Part shown: piece after piece, positions 63,690 through 64,000 of the stretch
Position numbering within the stretch: position 1 is the first letter of the stretch
Layout: each line of letters opens with the position of its first letter
DNA from: Mobula hypostoma
Taxonomy: Eukaryota
Direction of reading: 5' to 3'
DNA length: 64,000 bases
Assembly (NCBI RefSeq): GCF_963921235.1
Contig: NC_086108.1
Coordinates: 15,562,001 to 15,626,000, forward strand
Notes under the pieces: model-generated
What the model saw: the letters and a program-made list of their open reading frames with translations, nothing else
Told to the model about the DNA's origin: nothing
The model's database searches: none
Position numbers and translations under genes: made by a program

Positions 63690-64000
63690 AACCATAAGAC
63701 ACATGAGCAGAATTAGGCCACTCGGCCCATCATGTCTGCTCCACCCTTTCATCATGTCTGAATTATTATCCTTCTCAACCCCATTCTGCTGCCTTCTCCC
63801 TGTAACCTTTGATGCCCTGACTAACCAAGAACCTATCAACTTCTGCTTTAAATATACCCCATGACTTGGACTCCACAGCTGTCTGTGACAATGAATTCCA
63901 CAGATCCACCCTCCTCTGGCGAAAGAAATTCCTCCTCATCTCTGTTTTAAAGGGATGTGAACAGATCCTGGCCCTGTTCTGGGCTGTACCCTCCAAATAT
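63690..64000 (-). mobile_element. CR1 3' end (runs off the window)
   Basis: FKTEMRRNFF..WNSL and an ACCATAAGAC tail. Confidence 0.85.

Overview
This is eukaryotic vertebrate DNA. The repeat landscape (CR1, Rex1/Babar, L1, Penelope, V-SINE/DeuSINE) suggests a cartilaginous fish, probably a ray; that assignment is an inference. Only two host coding features are visible, both on the + strand. One is the intact single-exon GPR52 ORF (1177-2256). The other is a 114-nt phase-0 exon of the TBC domain of RABGAP1L (57479-57592), so GPR52 lies nested in a very large RABGAP1L intron, as in mammals. Most of the rest is decayed transposable elements, and nearly all ORFs in the track are TE fragments or noise. 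The most interesting signals are: (i) minimal type-I hammerhead ribozymes in Penelope-like elements, including ~140-bp ribozyme-bounded mini-elements and fold-back insertions; (ii) an L1 with both ends and a TSD that keeps ORF1 but lacks EN/RT; (iii) a hAT MITE inside a Tigger inside a Rex1 tail, plus a sister MITE carrying a LINE fragment; (iv) a Chapaev3-like remnant; (v) an inverted pair of young CR1 copies upstream of the RABGAP1L exon; (vi) an open frame with a phase-matched splice acceptor just upstream of GPR52. TE boundaries are approximate unless a TSD or TIR is quoted, and no database searches were run.
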